Source: the human T2T-CHM13v2.0 reference genome, Homo sapiens
Length of the DNA: 64,000 nucleotides
Assembly (NCBI RefSeq): GCF_009914755.1
Contig: NC_060947.1
Strand: one strand, 5' to 3'
Shown: positions 1 to 20,799 of the stretch, piece by piece
Numbering within the stretch: the first letter of the stretch is position 1
Layout of the letters: each line of letters starts with the position of its first letter
Notes under the pieces: generated by a model
The model's database searches: none
Told to the model about the DNA's origin: nothing
Seen by the model: the letters and a program-made list of their open reading frames with translations, nothing else
Program-made: the position numbers and the translations under genes

Positions 1-51
1 CTCTCTATTCCTCCAACTAATTCTAGATTTTACAGAAAACACACATGACAA

Positions 52-185
52 GCCAGGTGCCATGGTGTGAGCCTACCGTCCTACCTACTTGGGAGGCTGA
101 GGTGGAAGGATCACTTGAGGCCAGTAATTTGAGGCTGCAGTGAGCTGTGATCAGACCTATGAATAGCCACTGTACTCCAGCCTGA
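52..185 (+). mobile_element. Fossil Alu monomer (FAM-like SINE)
   Basis: Single Alu-like monomer retaining the 7SL-derived ...GATCAGACCTATGAATAGCCACTGTACTCCAGCCTG segment typical of FAM. Confidence 0.75.
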
Positions 186-189
186 CATA

Positions 190-580
190 ATACATAAAAC
201 AAGCAAAAGAAGGCACTGAAAAATAGAAAGATATATCATGTAGGCATCAATTAAAATAAAGCAATAAGTAGCTATACTAATATTAGATAAAGTAGACTTT
301 GGAACACAAAATTACCAAGAATGTAGGGGGACATTACATAATGATAAAAGGGTCAATCAACCAAGAACACACAGCCATTCTAAATGTGTGTGTAACAAAC
401 AACAGAAATGCAAAATATATAAAGTGAAAACTGATGGAACTAAAAGGAGAAATAGACAAATCCACAGTTATAGTTAGAAACTTCGACCTCCTCTCTGGAA
501 AACTGATAGAAAAACTAGAGAGAAAAACAACAAGGATATGCAAAAGGTCCACAAAACCAAATTAAGCAAACAGGACCTAA
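190..580 (+). mobile_element. Ancient L1M ORF2 (endonuclease region) fragment
   Basis: GTAGCTATACTAATATTAGATAAAGTAGACTTT...ACATTACATAATGATAAAAGGGTCAATC...GGAGAAATAGACAAATCCACA resembles the L1 ORF2 5' region; frames are degenerate. Confidence 0.8.
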
Positions 581-584
581 CCAC

Positions 585-1710
<1,126 letters not shown>

Positions 1711-2612
1711 TTAGCTCTGCAGGCCTCTCCCCAGTAAAACAACCATACCGGTGAAAATTCTAAAGCAGCCATTTACTGTCTCTGGAAATGTTCTTAATGC
1801 ATATAGCAAATAAGGAAAGATTTATTCAAGGAAGTCTACTAACCTTTGGTAGAAAGAGGGAGAGTCTGTAGCACTTGAGCCATGATCTACTCCCTCCCCT
1901 TCACACAGCAGGACCAGTACAGGTGGGTGTGGACAAAAAGAGGAGATACCCACAATTCCTAGCTCCCAGTCAAGAGCTATGTATCTCCCCAGGAGACCAA
2001 GGCCTCCAGAATTCTCATCAACATCAGCTCTTTGTTGCAAAGGCTAAACTCCAGGCAAGCATGGCCAAGAAGACAGGGGCTCCCTTCCTCAACAATGTCT
2101 CCAGTTATAGGATGGAGACTGTACTTCAGGCATAGCAGAGCAACAACACTGGACCCCCCAGTCACCACTGGTGTAGCTCGCTATCAGCAAAGAAGCTCCA
2201 TATCAGGAGAGGCAAACTGAGAAGACCAGAGGATACTGACTCCATGAATACCCAGCTAGAAAAGAAGCAGTGTCATTTTGAGAGAAACAAGACCCCTGTC
2301 CTTGCCTCCAACTCCAAAGCAATGGCTCAGACACTGTACACCAACAGAAAGGCAAGCCATAAAACAGAGAGTTCCAAAGCTCTCCCCAAAGGAACTGACT
2401 TTTTATTATAGCATAAGGGAAAGTAAAACCCTAAAGGTCCTCTGAGAAAAAAATGGAAATCTTGGTGGTAAGCATTTAAGAGGATGTGTAACAGTGACAA
2501 GCTAAATCATAGGAAAGCTAACATTAGATAACCAGAAAAAGAACCAGCAAAGAAGAGCCCTTTTGGGGTTAGAACAAATCTCAAAGACTGGCCTCAAAAA
2601 ATACCCCAGCAA

Positions 2613-2971
<359 letters not shown>

Positions 2972-3488
2972 TCAAAAACAATACAGCAATCACCCAACAA
3001 TTAGTGGAGTCCAACAGATAGACATGATAACAACAGAGACAGACTGTTTAACAGAAATATCAGGGAAAGACCCAAAGAAATCCCTGCTAAAACTGTTATC
3101 CCACTGTGACTCTGCACATGCCCAAGACAGCCCTCTGACATCAAAGGATTCACACAGGGGAGAAATAGGTTTTAGTAAAATAGTTCAGACAAGTCCCAGA
3201 ATAAATAAGCAAACAGCAACAAATACACAACCCAGTGAAGGTGGAGGAGAATCATTATCCAGAGTTTCAAAAGGTCCAGTTTCCAACAAAATATTATGAG
3301 ACACGAAAAGACGTAGAAAGGCGTGACCCATACACAAGAGAAAAAGGCAAGCAATGGGATCTATCTGTGACAGAGCCCAGATGTCAGACTTAACAAAGAA
3401 TTCAAAGTAGCCTTTAGAAATAGTGTTGAAACTAATGAAAACCATACTTAAAGAAGTAAAGGAAGGTATAATGACAATGTCTCATTAA

Positions 3489-3688
3489 ATATATAATATC
3501 CATAAAAGGATATTATGTCTATATTATATAATATATAATATTTTTCTATATATTTCTGTATTTAGAATAGAATATATATTCTATTCTATATATATTCTAT
3601 ATTCTATAATATATATTTATATATAATATATTTTTCTATATATATTTTCTATAATATAATGTCTATGTTATATAATATAGACATTATA
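3489..3688. repeat. (TA)n-rich low-complexity tract
   Basis: About 200 bp of degenerate TATA/TTCTATA units inside the L1. Confidence 0.9.
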
Positions 3689-3751
3689 AAAATGAAACTA
3701 ATGAACACTCTGAAATTGAAAAGAATAATTGAAATTACAAATTTACTGCAA

Positions 3752-4049
<298 letters not shown>

Positions 4050-6083
4050 TTACTACAAGGCTTCCGCAGACAATTTGAGCTGGCAGGATAAATAATCAGC
4101 AACCTTGAAGATATTTCAGTAGACATTACGCAATCTGAAAACAGAGAGAGAAAGAAGGTATAAAAATGGACAGAACCTCAGAGAAATATGGGACACCAAA
4201 AAGCACACCAGAATACACCTAATGGAAGAGTACCAGAAAGAGAAAGAAACAGAAAAGAAAAAAAAATCTTAATGGCTAATACTTTCTCTAAGCTGGAAGA
4301 AAAATTAATCTACACGTGCAAGTAGCTCAATGAACTGCAAGTAGGATAACCAAAAAGAGATCCTAACACAGACATACCATACTAAAAATGTTAAAAAGAG
4401 AAAGAGAAATTCTTAAAAGCAGTAAGAGAAAAGTGACCCATCACACAGAGGAACCTCAATAACACTGACAGCTAACTTCTCATCAGACACAATAGAGGAC
4501 AAAGGCAGTGGGATGGCATTCAACATGCTTAGGAAAAGAAACCAATAATTAAGAATTGTATATCCAGCAAAAGTATTTTCAAAACCGAAAGCAATATAAA
4601 GACATTCACAGAAAACAAAGTATCTCATGTTAGCATGAGACAATCTCATGCTAACAGTCCTGCATTACAAGAAATAATAAAGAAAAATTCTCCGGCTGAA
4701 AGCAAGTGGGACCAGGTGGTAATTCAAGTCCACATGAAAGAAAAAATCAGCTCATTTGAAGATAATAATGTAATAATAAAATAATAATGTAATAATAACA
4801 AAATACAGTATAAATGCATATTTACTCCCCTTTTCTCATAACAAACTTTGAAAAGCAATAAAAAAATAGGTATATAATTGTATTGTTGGGACCATAAAAT
4901 ATATACATTTAACATATGACAATAACAAACCAAAAGAAATGTGTTGGAGCAAGGCTGTACTGGAGTGAGGAAATACAAAATGGTAACTTAAATGCACAGA
5001 AACAAACAAACAGAACCAGTAATGGTACATAAGGTGGTTTATAAGAAACTCAATAAATATACTTGTTCTCTCACTTCTCTTACCTTCTTTAGAAGACATA
5101 AAATTTCATTAAGTAATAATTATAACAATGTGCTGCTGAGTTTGTAACATGTATAGATGTAAAATTTATAACAATAACAGCACAAAAAGAGAGAAGAAGA
5201 AACAGAGCTATCTAGGAAAACACTTAAAGAGCTTATTGTAATTAAGTTACTATAAATATGAAGTAGATTCTGATAATTTAATATACATAGATTAAGCCCT
5301 AGAGAATACATTGAGAAAATAACAACAAAATACAGTAGAAAATCATTAAGGGAATTAAAATGTTACACTGGAAAGCATTAACTTAATATAAGACAAAGCA
5401 GTACAGGAGCAATAGGGGAACAAAAAAGACATGAGATATATGGAAAATCAAAATAAGATGGATCAAGCTATATCATTAATATTGTTAAATGTAGATGGAT
5501 GAAACAATCCAATCAAAAGGCACAGACTGCCAGAATGAAATAAAAACCAAACAAGATCCAGCTATTTGCTGTCTACAAGAAACACACATTATAGATAGAA
5601 AAAGATAGAAATCATTGGAGAGGAAAAAGAAGAGAAAAGATATCATGGAAACAAGAACCACAAGAAATATGGAATGGCTATACTAATATCAGAGAAAATA
5701 AATATTACAAAATTACTAAAGAAAGAAGTTTTATAATGATAAAGAAACAATGCATCAAGAAAACAAAACAATTATAAATATATATGCAGCTAACAACAGA
5801 TCCCTAAAACACATGAAGTAAAAACTGACAGGACCAAAGGGAAAAACAGATAATTCAATAATAATAATTGGAGACTTCATTATCCCAATTTAAATAATGG
5901 ATGGAACAACTAGAAAAAGATCAATGGAGAAATAGAAGTCTTAAACAGCACAATAAACTAACAAGTTTTAGCAAACATCTATAGAACACTCCACCACCAA
6001 CAGCAAAATAGTCTTCTCAGATGCACACAGAACATTCTCCAGGATAGAGCATATGTTAGGCCACAAGATGTGTCTCAACATAT

Positions 6084-6295
6084 TTTTTTTTCCAGCTAGG
6101 GTCTTACTCTGTCACCTAGGCTTCAGTGCAGTGGCACAATCTCAGCTCACTGCAACCTCCACCTCCCAGGACTCAAGTGATCCTCCCACCTCAGCCTCCA
6201 GAGTAGCTGGGACTGCAGGTGTGCACCACCACAGTCAGCTAATTTTTTGTATTTTTGGTAGAAATAGAGTTTCGCCATGTTGCCCAGACTGGTCA
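6084..6295 (-). mobile_element. 5'-truncated AluJ
   Basis: Reverse right arm plus partial left arm; flanks GTCTCAACATATTT / GTCTCAATATATTT. Confidence 0.9.
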
Positions 6296-7276
6296 TGAAG
6301 TCTCAATATATTTAAAATAGTTGAATCATACAATGTATGTTCTCCAATCACAGTGGAATGAAATTATAAATCATTTACAGAAGGAAATTTGGGAAATTGA
6401 CAAACGTGAAAAATTAAACATCACACTGCAAAATAACCAATAAGTCAAGGAAAAAATCACAAAGGAAATCAGAAAATTGTTTGATACAAATGAAAATGAA
6501 ACCAAACATACCAAAACCTATGGGATGAAACAAAACATATCAAAGCTTATGGGATGAAGCGATTTGAAATATTTTCTTTTTGAAAATATAGGCATTTACA
6601 ACTATAATTTGAAAATTTTCAAATCACTAATATAACTTTATATCATAAGATACTGAAAAGGGAAGAACACACTAAACATAAAGCAAGCAGAAGAAAAGAA
6701 ATATTATAGATTCTAGGGAATTGAGAGTTGAAAAAGAATTAATAAATTCAATGAAAACAAAAATGGATTCTTTGAAGAGATCAACAAAATTGATAAAACA
6801 GAACTTATACTGAACAAAAAGAGAAAAGACTCAATTATTAAAATCAGGAATGAAAGAGGGGACATTAATACTATCCTTTAACAATAAATTGAATTATAAG
6901 GTAATGCTATGAACAGCTGCATGCCAATAAACTGGATAACTTGGAAAGAACACACAAGTTACCAGAAAGACAATAAACTACTGAAATTAACTCACAAAGA
7001 AATAAAAAACTCAATTGAACTATAAAAAGTAAAGTGATCAAATAAATAATTTTAACTTACCACAGAGAAAAGCCCAGGCCCATATGTTTCTCTAGTGAAT
7101 TACACCAAAAATTTAAAAAGAATTAACACCAAGCTTTCACAAACTCTTTAAAAAAATAGAAAAGGAGAAAATATCTCTCAACACATTCTGTGAGACTAGT
7201 GTTACTCTAATACCAAATTCAGACAAAGACATCACAGGAAAACTATAGACCAATGTCTCCTATGAATATAGATACA

Positions 7277-7601
7277 GCTGGAGGCCATTTATTCTAAGCA
7301 AATTAACACAGGAACAGAAAACCAAATATTGCATGTCCTTACTTATAAGTGAGAGCTAAACACTGAGTACACTTAGATACAAAGAGAGGAACAATAGAAA
7401 CCAGGGCCTACTTGAGGGTGGAGACTGGGAGGAGGATGAGGGTTGAAAAACTACTTGTCAGATACTATGCCCACTACCTGGGTCATGAAATCATTTGTAC
7501 ACCAAACCCCAGTGACATGCAATTTACCCATCTAACAAACCTGCGCATGTACACTTGAACCTAAAATAAAAGTTGAGAAAGAAAAAAAAAAAAGAAAGAA
7601 A
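7277..7601 (+). mobile_element. Older primate L1 3' end (L1PA15/16- or L1PB-like) with A tail
   Basis: GCTGGAGGCCATT...CAGGAACAGAAAACCAAATA...AACAAACCTGCGCATGTACACTTGAACCTAAAATAAAAG followed by poly(A). Confidence 0.85.
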
Positions 7602-8968
<1,367 letters not shown>

Positions 8969-9069
8969 TCATTGTTTTTTTTTTAAAGAAACACTCATCA
9001 AACTAGGAATAAGAGAACTTCCTCAATCTGATAAAAGACACCTAGAGCTCACATATTTAATAGTGATAG

Positions 9070-9378
9070 ACTGGGCAGAGAACAGTGGCTCACACCTGTT
9101 ATCCCAACACTTTGGGAGACTGAGGCAGTACACCACTTGAGCCCAGGAGTCCAAGACCAGCCTGGGCAACATAGCAAGACCCCATCTCTACACAGAATTT
9201 AAAAATTAGTCAGGCATAGTGATCCTTGCCTATAGTTCTTCCTACTTGGAAGGCTGAGGTGGGAGGTTTCCTCAAGCCCCAGGAGGTTGAGGGTGCAGTG
9301 AGCTGTGATCATGCCACTGCATCCCAACCTGAATGACAGTGAGACCTTGTCTCAAATAATAATAATAATAATAATAAT
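9070..9378 (+). mobile_element. AluJ with (AAT)n tail
   Basis: Dimer; flanks AATAGTGATAGACT / AATAATGAAAGACT. Confidence 0.9.
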
Positions 9379-9559
9379 GAAAGACTGAATGCTTTCCCCT
9401 GAGATCAAAAACAAGATAAAGAAGTTCATTATAGCCACTTCCAGTTCACATTTTACTGGAGATTTTAGCCAAGGAAGTAAGGCAGGAAAAGGAAATAAAA
9501 TTCATCAACACTGAATAGTAAGAAATTAAAGTGTCTATTTACAGATAGCATAAGCATGT

Positions 9560-9953
9560 TGTATTAGTCCATTTGTGTTGCTATAAAGGAATGTCTGAGA
9601 CTGGGTAACATAAAAAAGAAGTTTATCTGGCTTACAGTTCTGCAGGCTGTACAGCTAGCATAGTGTTGGCTTCTGCTTCTGGCAAGGGCCTCAGGAAGCT
9701 TAGAATCATGGTGGAAGGTGAAGGGAAGCCAGTGTGTCACATGGCAAGAGAGGGAGCAAGAGAGAGAGGTGGAAGTGCTAGACTCTTTTAAGCAAACAGA
9801 TGTCATGTGACCTCATTATCACAGGGAGGGCACTGAGCCTTTCATGAGAGATCTGCTCCCATAATCCAAACACCTCCCACCAGGCCCCACCTCCAACATT
9901 AGGGATTACATTTCAACATGAGATTGTGGGGAACACACATCCAAACTCTATCA
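9560..9953 (-). mobile_element. MaLR MST (MSTB-like) solo LTR
   Basis: Starts TGTATTAGTCCATTTGTGTTGCTATAAAGGAA and ends ACATCCAAACTCTATCA, the reverse of the MST LTR. Confidence 0.9.
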
Positions 9954-10053
9954 TTTGTATACAGAAAATCTTGAGGGATACTCTGAAAAACTATTAGAAC
10001 TTAAAAATGAATTCAGCAAGGCTGCAGCATACAAGATCAATATTTAAAAATTA

Positions 10054-10407
<354 letters not shown>

Positions 10408-13400
10408 TTACAATAATATCAAAAGAGTAAAATACTTTTAAATAAATTTAACAAAATAAATTCAAAACTTACAATCTAAAGGCTTCAAAATTAGCACTGA
10501 AAGAATTTAAAGAAGACCTAAACAAATGGAAAAATAGCCCATGTTTTTGAATTGAAAAACAATATTGTCCATATGGCAATACTCCCCAAAATTGATCTAC
10601 AGATTTAATACAATCCCTAAAAAAATCCCAGCCGGCTTCTTTGTGGATATTGATAAGCTGATGCTAAAATTCACAATGAAATTCAAGGTGCCAAGAATAG
10701 CCAAAACAATCTAGAGAAAGAAAAAATAAATAAAAGATTCGCACTTCCTGCTTTCAAAACTAGCTACAAAGCAACAGTAGTCAAGACTGTGTGTCACTTG
10801 ATTAAAGATAGCTTTATAGACAAGTAAAATAGAATCCAGAAATAAATCCAAACATTTATGATCAACCGGTTTTGTATAATGGTACCAAGGAAAATGAATA
10901 AAGAAAAACAGTCTTCAACAAAGGATTCTGGGACAAATATTACCTAAATAAAAAAGGATAAAGTTATACCAATCTTATGGGTGTGTCTCCTTTTTCACAA
11001 TATGCACAAAAATTAACCTGAAATAGATCATTGACCTTACTGTAAAAGGTTAAACTATAAAACTCTTAAAAGCAGATATAGGAGTAAATTTTTGTGAACA
11101 CTAGGCAAAGCCTTCAGAAGTGACAAAGAAAAAAATTAAATTGGACTTCACCAAAATTTAAAACTTTCCTGCTTCAATGGGTACCTTCAAGAAAGTGAAG
11201 CAACAACCACTGAATGGGGGTAAAATGTTTGCAAAGCGTATATCTTATAAGAGACTTGAACCTAGAATATGTTTAAAAAAAACCAATTAATATTAAAAAG
11301 AAAAAGAAATAACACAATTAAGAATGTCAAACAACCTGTATAGATATTTCTCCAGAGAAGATACTCAAATGGGCAATAGGCACATGAAAAAATGTTTAAC
11401 ATCATTAGCCATCAGAAAAATGCAAATCAATACCACAATGAGATACAACTTCACACTCCTAAGATGGCTATAATGAAAATAGCTGATACCACATCTCTCC
11501 ATCTTGGGAGGTTTACTGCATACAAGAGCCCCCTCTGTTAACCAGAAAGTACTGCATCCTGGAGTCAGATCCTAGCAAATCAGAAGAGCTGAATTTTGTG
11601 GTCGCAGGTTTGTTTGCAGTCAGCATAGAAATCTGACCTCTGTGACATTCTCTAGAGAAGGCATTCTCAGCCAAAGGTCACAACCTGAAACCCCGCACCC
11701 AGTCCTTGGACACTGAAGCCATAATCTTCCTACAATGAATAATGGTTACATCACCATGATTTAAAGCAAAACAAACATGACATTGAAAGGGGAATATCAC
11801 AATCCTGCCCATTCCAGTCCAACCAGAATTTTTAAAACAGAAGAGTTCGTCAATGCAACTGCTAACTTTCATACATACGAACACTGTATGTAGCCTTTCA
11901 CTTAGCATTCAGCTGAACTCTGGAAAATTATGAGCCACTTTCCCATAATGGCATTAGGCAAGGTGGCTGCAACACAAGATGCTCTAACTGAGATGAGCTG
12001 AGCTAATCTGGCTGCATTAAACAGTCCAGCTGATCCACATACCTTTAGCTCTCCCCATATCAAAAGCACACCCCTTCCCATAAAGGAGGCAGCCAAAAAG
12101 TGTACTTTCAGTCTCGTCCTAATGGATCTCATGACATGTAGGTCTCTAAAACCCTCACTAATAATTTTTTAAGACCACTGGATTAAATAGAAGGCTCAGT
12201 CAAAGCTGCATGTATGCAAATTCTGGCACTTTAAATGGGTTCTCTCCTTAAGTGCATAAACCAAAAAGCATGGGAACAATTGGATTAAGAAAGCAAGTGT
12301 TCTTTTTTAACACCCTCTAATTGGCATTAAGTCACCAATCGTTGTCAAACACACATCACTTGCTTAATTATTTTGTGTGCGCATGTGTATATCTTTATAA
12401 CTTCATAAACATATAAACGAGAGGGAGATGCAGATTTAATGTACACCCATATGGCGATAAATATAAAAGCTTCCAGAAGATTGTAGAATGCTATACTAAT
12501 GCTAAAATGATCTCTTTTTTTTTTATTTGCTTAAGTCATAAAAACAAACTGAAGGAGGCAGCTGCAAAGCATAGATCCTTACCTAAAAGCAGAAATATTC
12601 AGACCATTTTGTTCAACAATGTAATTTTTAAAAAATACCTTGCTTCAGCTTCATATTCTCATATTAGTATGATTATCTTTCATAAATCTTATAGTGTGTT
12701 TATACATAAAATCATGTTTACATGTTCATGAAGTTTTTTATTGAAGTAATTTTTCATAAATAGCCTACTATGCATCATTCACACCAATATGCTTCATTTC
12801 AACATTGCTTTAATGCTCTGGAGCTGGCCTATTATACTCTTAGAACATACTGTGCCACTTTCAGAAAAAAAAATCACAAAAATAAGTATTTTTGCCTCTA
12901 GAGTATCTGGCAATGAGCTCAAATAGTTCGTCAACCTTCAAGCTGTTTTGTCAGTTAATCTTCCACTTAGCAAAGTCTCAGCCATGAGGCATCAGCTTAA
13001 GTGGCCATCAGCCCAATGTCACACTGGCCTCTGGTTGTTTTTTTATGGTTCTTCCATACCTTCAACCTAATTTCTTTACCTCCAACATTAATAATGCCTG
13101 CCAGGCTGGTAGGCCCATGCTAATTTGCATTCTCTTTAATGGCACTTTTTTATGGCCTTCAGCTTTGCATAATGGCACTTTTCTAAAGCTGCCCCTTCCA
13201 AAAGGAAGAGAATGGTCACTCCTATGGGAATGTGCCACTCTTATTTGGTTATTTCAGCAACAAAATGGATTCTTATTATCTTCATGATGAGCCCCCAAAA
13301 TAAGAATAGCCTTCAGGATTCATTTCATCTAGGACTCCTCCCTTGGTTTTTGAAAGAAAGCATCTTTATTTCACTGGCTCCTCTGTTCCCAGATTACAAG

Positions 13401-14039
13401 AGATGCCCTGCCTGAACTCATTTATATTACCCTCCAAAGGCTGTGTCTACACTTACCAAATGCAGCAAAAAGCAATGGTCATTTATAGAAACAGGTCACA
13501 ATTGGTCAAAGCAATGCAACTAACTGCTAATGAGACAAATGCCAACATTCTAAAAGGAGCAAGATTCTTTGGCCTCTTACAAATTTTGCATAGTGTATGT
13601 ACCAAAAATGCAGTCTACAAGGGGGTAGAAATTAAAATACAGTTAAGGTCCTCATTTTTCTTATTTGAAAAAAGAAAACCTGAATCTTTTCTCTAGCGCC
13701 TTTTTTCATTTCCATTAAAACATCATACTTATGTGTAAATCTTCAATGTAAAAAGTATTTGAAATAACTTCGGCATCTAAATCTTTAAGACGGGAAAAAA
13801 GAGCTGCAGAGTTCACCTTGAAAGAGTGACTTTTATTAAATTTTTAAAAGGTGTTTTTTTAAAAACAAGCTAATATGTTGGATCTTGGTATCTCCAGATA
13901 GTTACTTCAGGTCTCCATTCCACTTAGCTTGTATAGACTTAGCCACAGAAAAGAAAAAGGTTTTTGGAGATTTGTCTGAGAATTTAGTAGACATTAAAAT
14001 ATACCAGACAGGCCAAATATCCCAGTTGATTTTAAATGC

Positions 14040-17487
<3,448 letters not shown>

Positions 17488-17779
17488 ATCTACCTCAGAG
17501 GGTTGTCGTGAGAATTAAATGAGAAAATATATAATATGCTCCTTGCACAGGACCTGTCTCAATAGGTACCCCAAAATAGTAATAGATCTTCTTGGAAAAT
17601 AAGGCCAAGTTACCTGGGTCAAACTACCTAAGTCTTGGAGTTCTTCACTTTTGTATGTCAATTAAGAAATGTTATGTGGTCGGTGAAGGATTGGTAATAC
17701 TTACAAATATAGCAAACTACTAACGTTCCTTCACACGCACTCAGGTTTAACACAACACCCAATGTCTAAGCACTGCATA

Positions 17780-18485
17780 TGATCAGATAGTATGGTCTAC
17801 AAGATAATTCATTCACTGAAGTTTTTCAAGAGTAATTTTAGGGCTCAGTATATGGTCTATTTTCAAAAGTGTTTCATATGCACTTGTGTGTGTATTCTTC
17901 CAATTGGGTGCAGATTTTATATATATATATGTGTGTGTGTGTGCGTGTATGTGTGTGTATGTGTGTATTTTAGATGTATATGTATATGTGTGTGTGTATA
18001 TATATATACCCATTATATTGAGTTTGTTAATCATGTTGTTCAAATCCTCTGTATCCTTATTCATTTTTTGTTCATTTTACCTATCAATTTCTGAAAAAAA
18101 ATCAGATTTTATAATTTCTGCTTTTAGCTCTGCCAACTTTTGCTTTATACGTTTCAAACTTATGGTATTAAGCATATGCAAGTTTAGAATTGTTATCTGA
18201 AAAAAAAACTGAACTGTTAATCATTACACAGTGATCTGTTTATGCCCAATAATGGTTCTACCTTAAAGTCTGTTTTGTCTGATATCAACATAGCCACATC
18301 AGTTTACTTCTGGCTAGTGTTTGCATAGTGTACCTATTCCAATCCTTTTTGTGTGCTTTATGTTCTTATGTTTTACCTTTGTCTCTTATACACAGCATAT
18401 AGCTGGATTTTTTATTTTCATCCATTGTGATAATCTAGGTCTTAACTGGTGAGTTTAGTCAACTCCTATTTATTGTAATAACTGA
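17780..18485 (-). mobile_element. Ancient L1M(E) ORF2 fragment
   Basis: Reverse EN-region remnants (minus-strand translation NKDTEDLNNMINKL...KIDHIL). Confidence 0.7.
17919..18008. repeat. Compound (TA)n/(TG)n microsatellite
   Basis: Direct reading. Confidence 0.95.
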
Positions 18486-20799
18486 AGAGTTGGCTGCCAT
18501 GATCAAAGAGCCCTTTAAAAGTATTTCTGGGTTGTATGATGTAACTTGGTCCCCCTAGTCAATTTCTAAATACTCTTGCTTGCATTGACTCTCCTGTAGT
18601 AAGTTAGCAAAAACCCAAGGATCTTTATGAGTAAATTGAAGCTAATACTATACTGAAGATTTGCAGTTATTAGTACAGTTATGGGAGAAAGTCAATTAAT
18701 GCAAGGAATGGTGCACACAGGCCTAATCCATTTGAGGTAAATCAATACACCGCACATTTCAATTGCTCTGTATTCGCACAGAACAGTGCATGGAAGCAAC
18801 TCATTAGAACTAAACTCTTCATAAGAAACAGACCAATTCTCTCAGACTCACTAGGGCATCTCCACTAGTAAAATTTAAAAAGCAATCAAACTGAATAAGA
18901 AGTCCTCTTTGCAGACACTTACATTGGGGAAGAACAAGATTCTTGACAATTCAGAGTAAATGAAGTGCAAATTATTCTCTTATAATATAACTCAGAATTG
19001 AAGCTTAAATTGTGACTGAAAAAGAGCCCACAGTTTAATCAGAAAAATACATTTATTGATAATTCCCATGAGCTCCTATTTGATACATTTATATCATAGG
19101 ATAACAAGTTCGAAACTATTGCCAAGTTATAAATATGGAATTTATGCACAATTTGCATGTATTAAATTGTATTTTGAATCGGCGTGTGTGCCTATATTTG
19201 AATATTTATAATATTCCAGAAAAAGCACAGTGGAATGTGCAAGACAGATTTATTTAGTGTAATGCTCTGAAATGTGTCAAAGTCTTCAGCACAGTTTTTA
19301 GAGGCAAAATGGCAGAAATAACAAATGGGATGCAATAAGACCAACTGAATAATCTGCAAAGTTCAATACCTAGTAAATGAGAAAAGCTCTTTTGCCAATA
19401 AATATTTTACTAAAGTTTAGACAAATATTTATCTAAGCTTACAAGGACACTGTTTTAGAGGACATACGCCATTAAGTGGATTATTCATTATCCTTTAATG
19501 GAAAGGGGGAAATTCCCATCCATACATCTCTTTTTAAACTCAGTGACTAAATACCTCATTTCATGTGTCACAGAATGTTAATATTAGCTTTTCAACTGTG
19601 AGGGACATTCTTTACACTGTCAAAACAACTTGTACCTACGGTGTAGTTTCAGTGGAGTTTCAACAATAAGATTATGCACCTCACTATATGTGCATAGAGT
19701 GGTCCCTCAGATATTGGAATAGTTGGACAATGACATTTCTAATCAACTTTATTTATGGTTAACTGGGGGTAATACTCTTATGCAGTGAAACTTCTCTAGG
19801 GGGCGCTGCTTAGCAAAGTGAACTCTCCTTTTCTGCTGGACGAGAGCAACACATACACTAACTGATCTAAGCTCCCAGTTATGGATGTTTAGAACTATAG
19901 CCCTTTACCAACCCCAAGATTTTAACTCTTCCAGCCAGACCATCAGCCCTGGTGTCAACTCACTAAGAAAGAAGCTCATGGAGATCCAAAGTCCAGACTA
20001 TCTCGGATGGCTCTGGCTGAGCAGAATAAGCTTTATATTTCCAACTGTGTACCACTATTAACTTCCTGTTCCATATAATTTATAAATTAAAATTTATAAT
20101 TTATAAATGAGAAAGAAACAATAGCAATTCACTCAAGTAGCTCTATACCATACTGGTATAAAAAGAGTTCCATGCATTGTGTGGGAATATGATAAAAGTC
20201 AGTTATCGAAAATCAGCAGCCAATGTCTGACTCATCACCTCTGCCTTTCAGGGTGAGGGTTTATTAGGGCTGAGGCTACTCTCCTCATTAAAGGCTCCCA
20301 GGATATCAAGAGGCTAATGAAATAACCAGCCAGGAACCAAAAAAGTAGACCTGTGTGCAATTAATCACAGCTTAGTAAAACATTATTTTAAAAATTGTTA
20401 ATGCTTATTGTTATTATATAAGTAATGTAGACTCAAAGAAAACTCAAAACCTTCAGAAAAGCAGAATAAGAAAATAAATCACTAATAGATCTATTTATAT
20501 TCTATTATTTTTTTCTTCCAGTCTCTGTCTTTTATGCTTAGATTTGGGAGGGGTAGGAGATGATTTCTCTCGCTCGCTCGCTCGCTATCTTTTTTTCTTT
20601 AATATAATTGTAGTCGTACTGGGTCCATAATTTTCTATCTCTTTTTCTCTTAGCATTAAATCACTAGCAATTTTCCATGCTCTATCAAAGGACATTTAAG
20701 TGGTTTTGTAATAATCTTTCAAGTGGATGTACTGAGATTTCTTGAACCATTCTTCTCCATGTGGATGTTCAGATTGTTTCCAATTTGTTGCACTTATGA

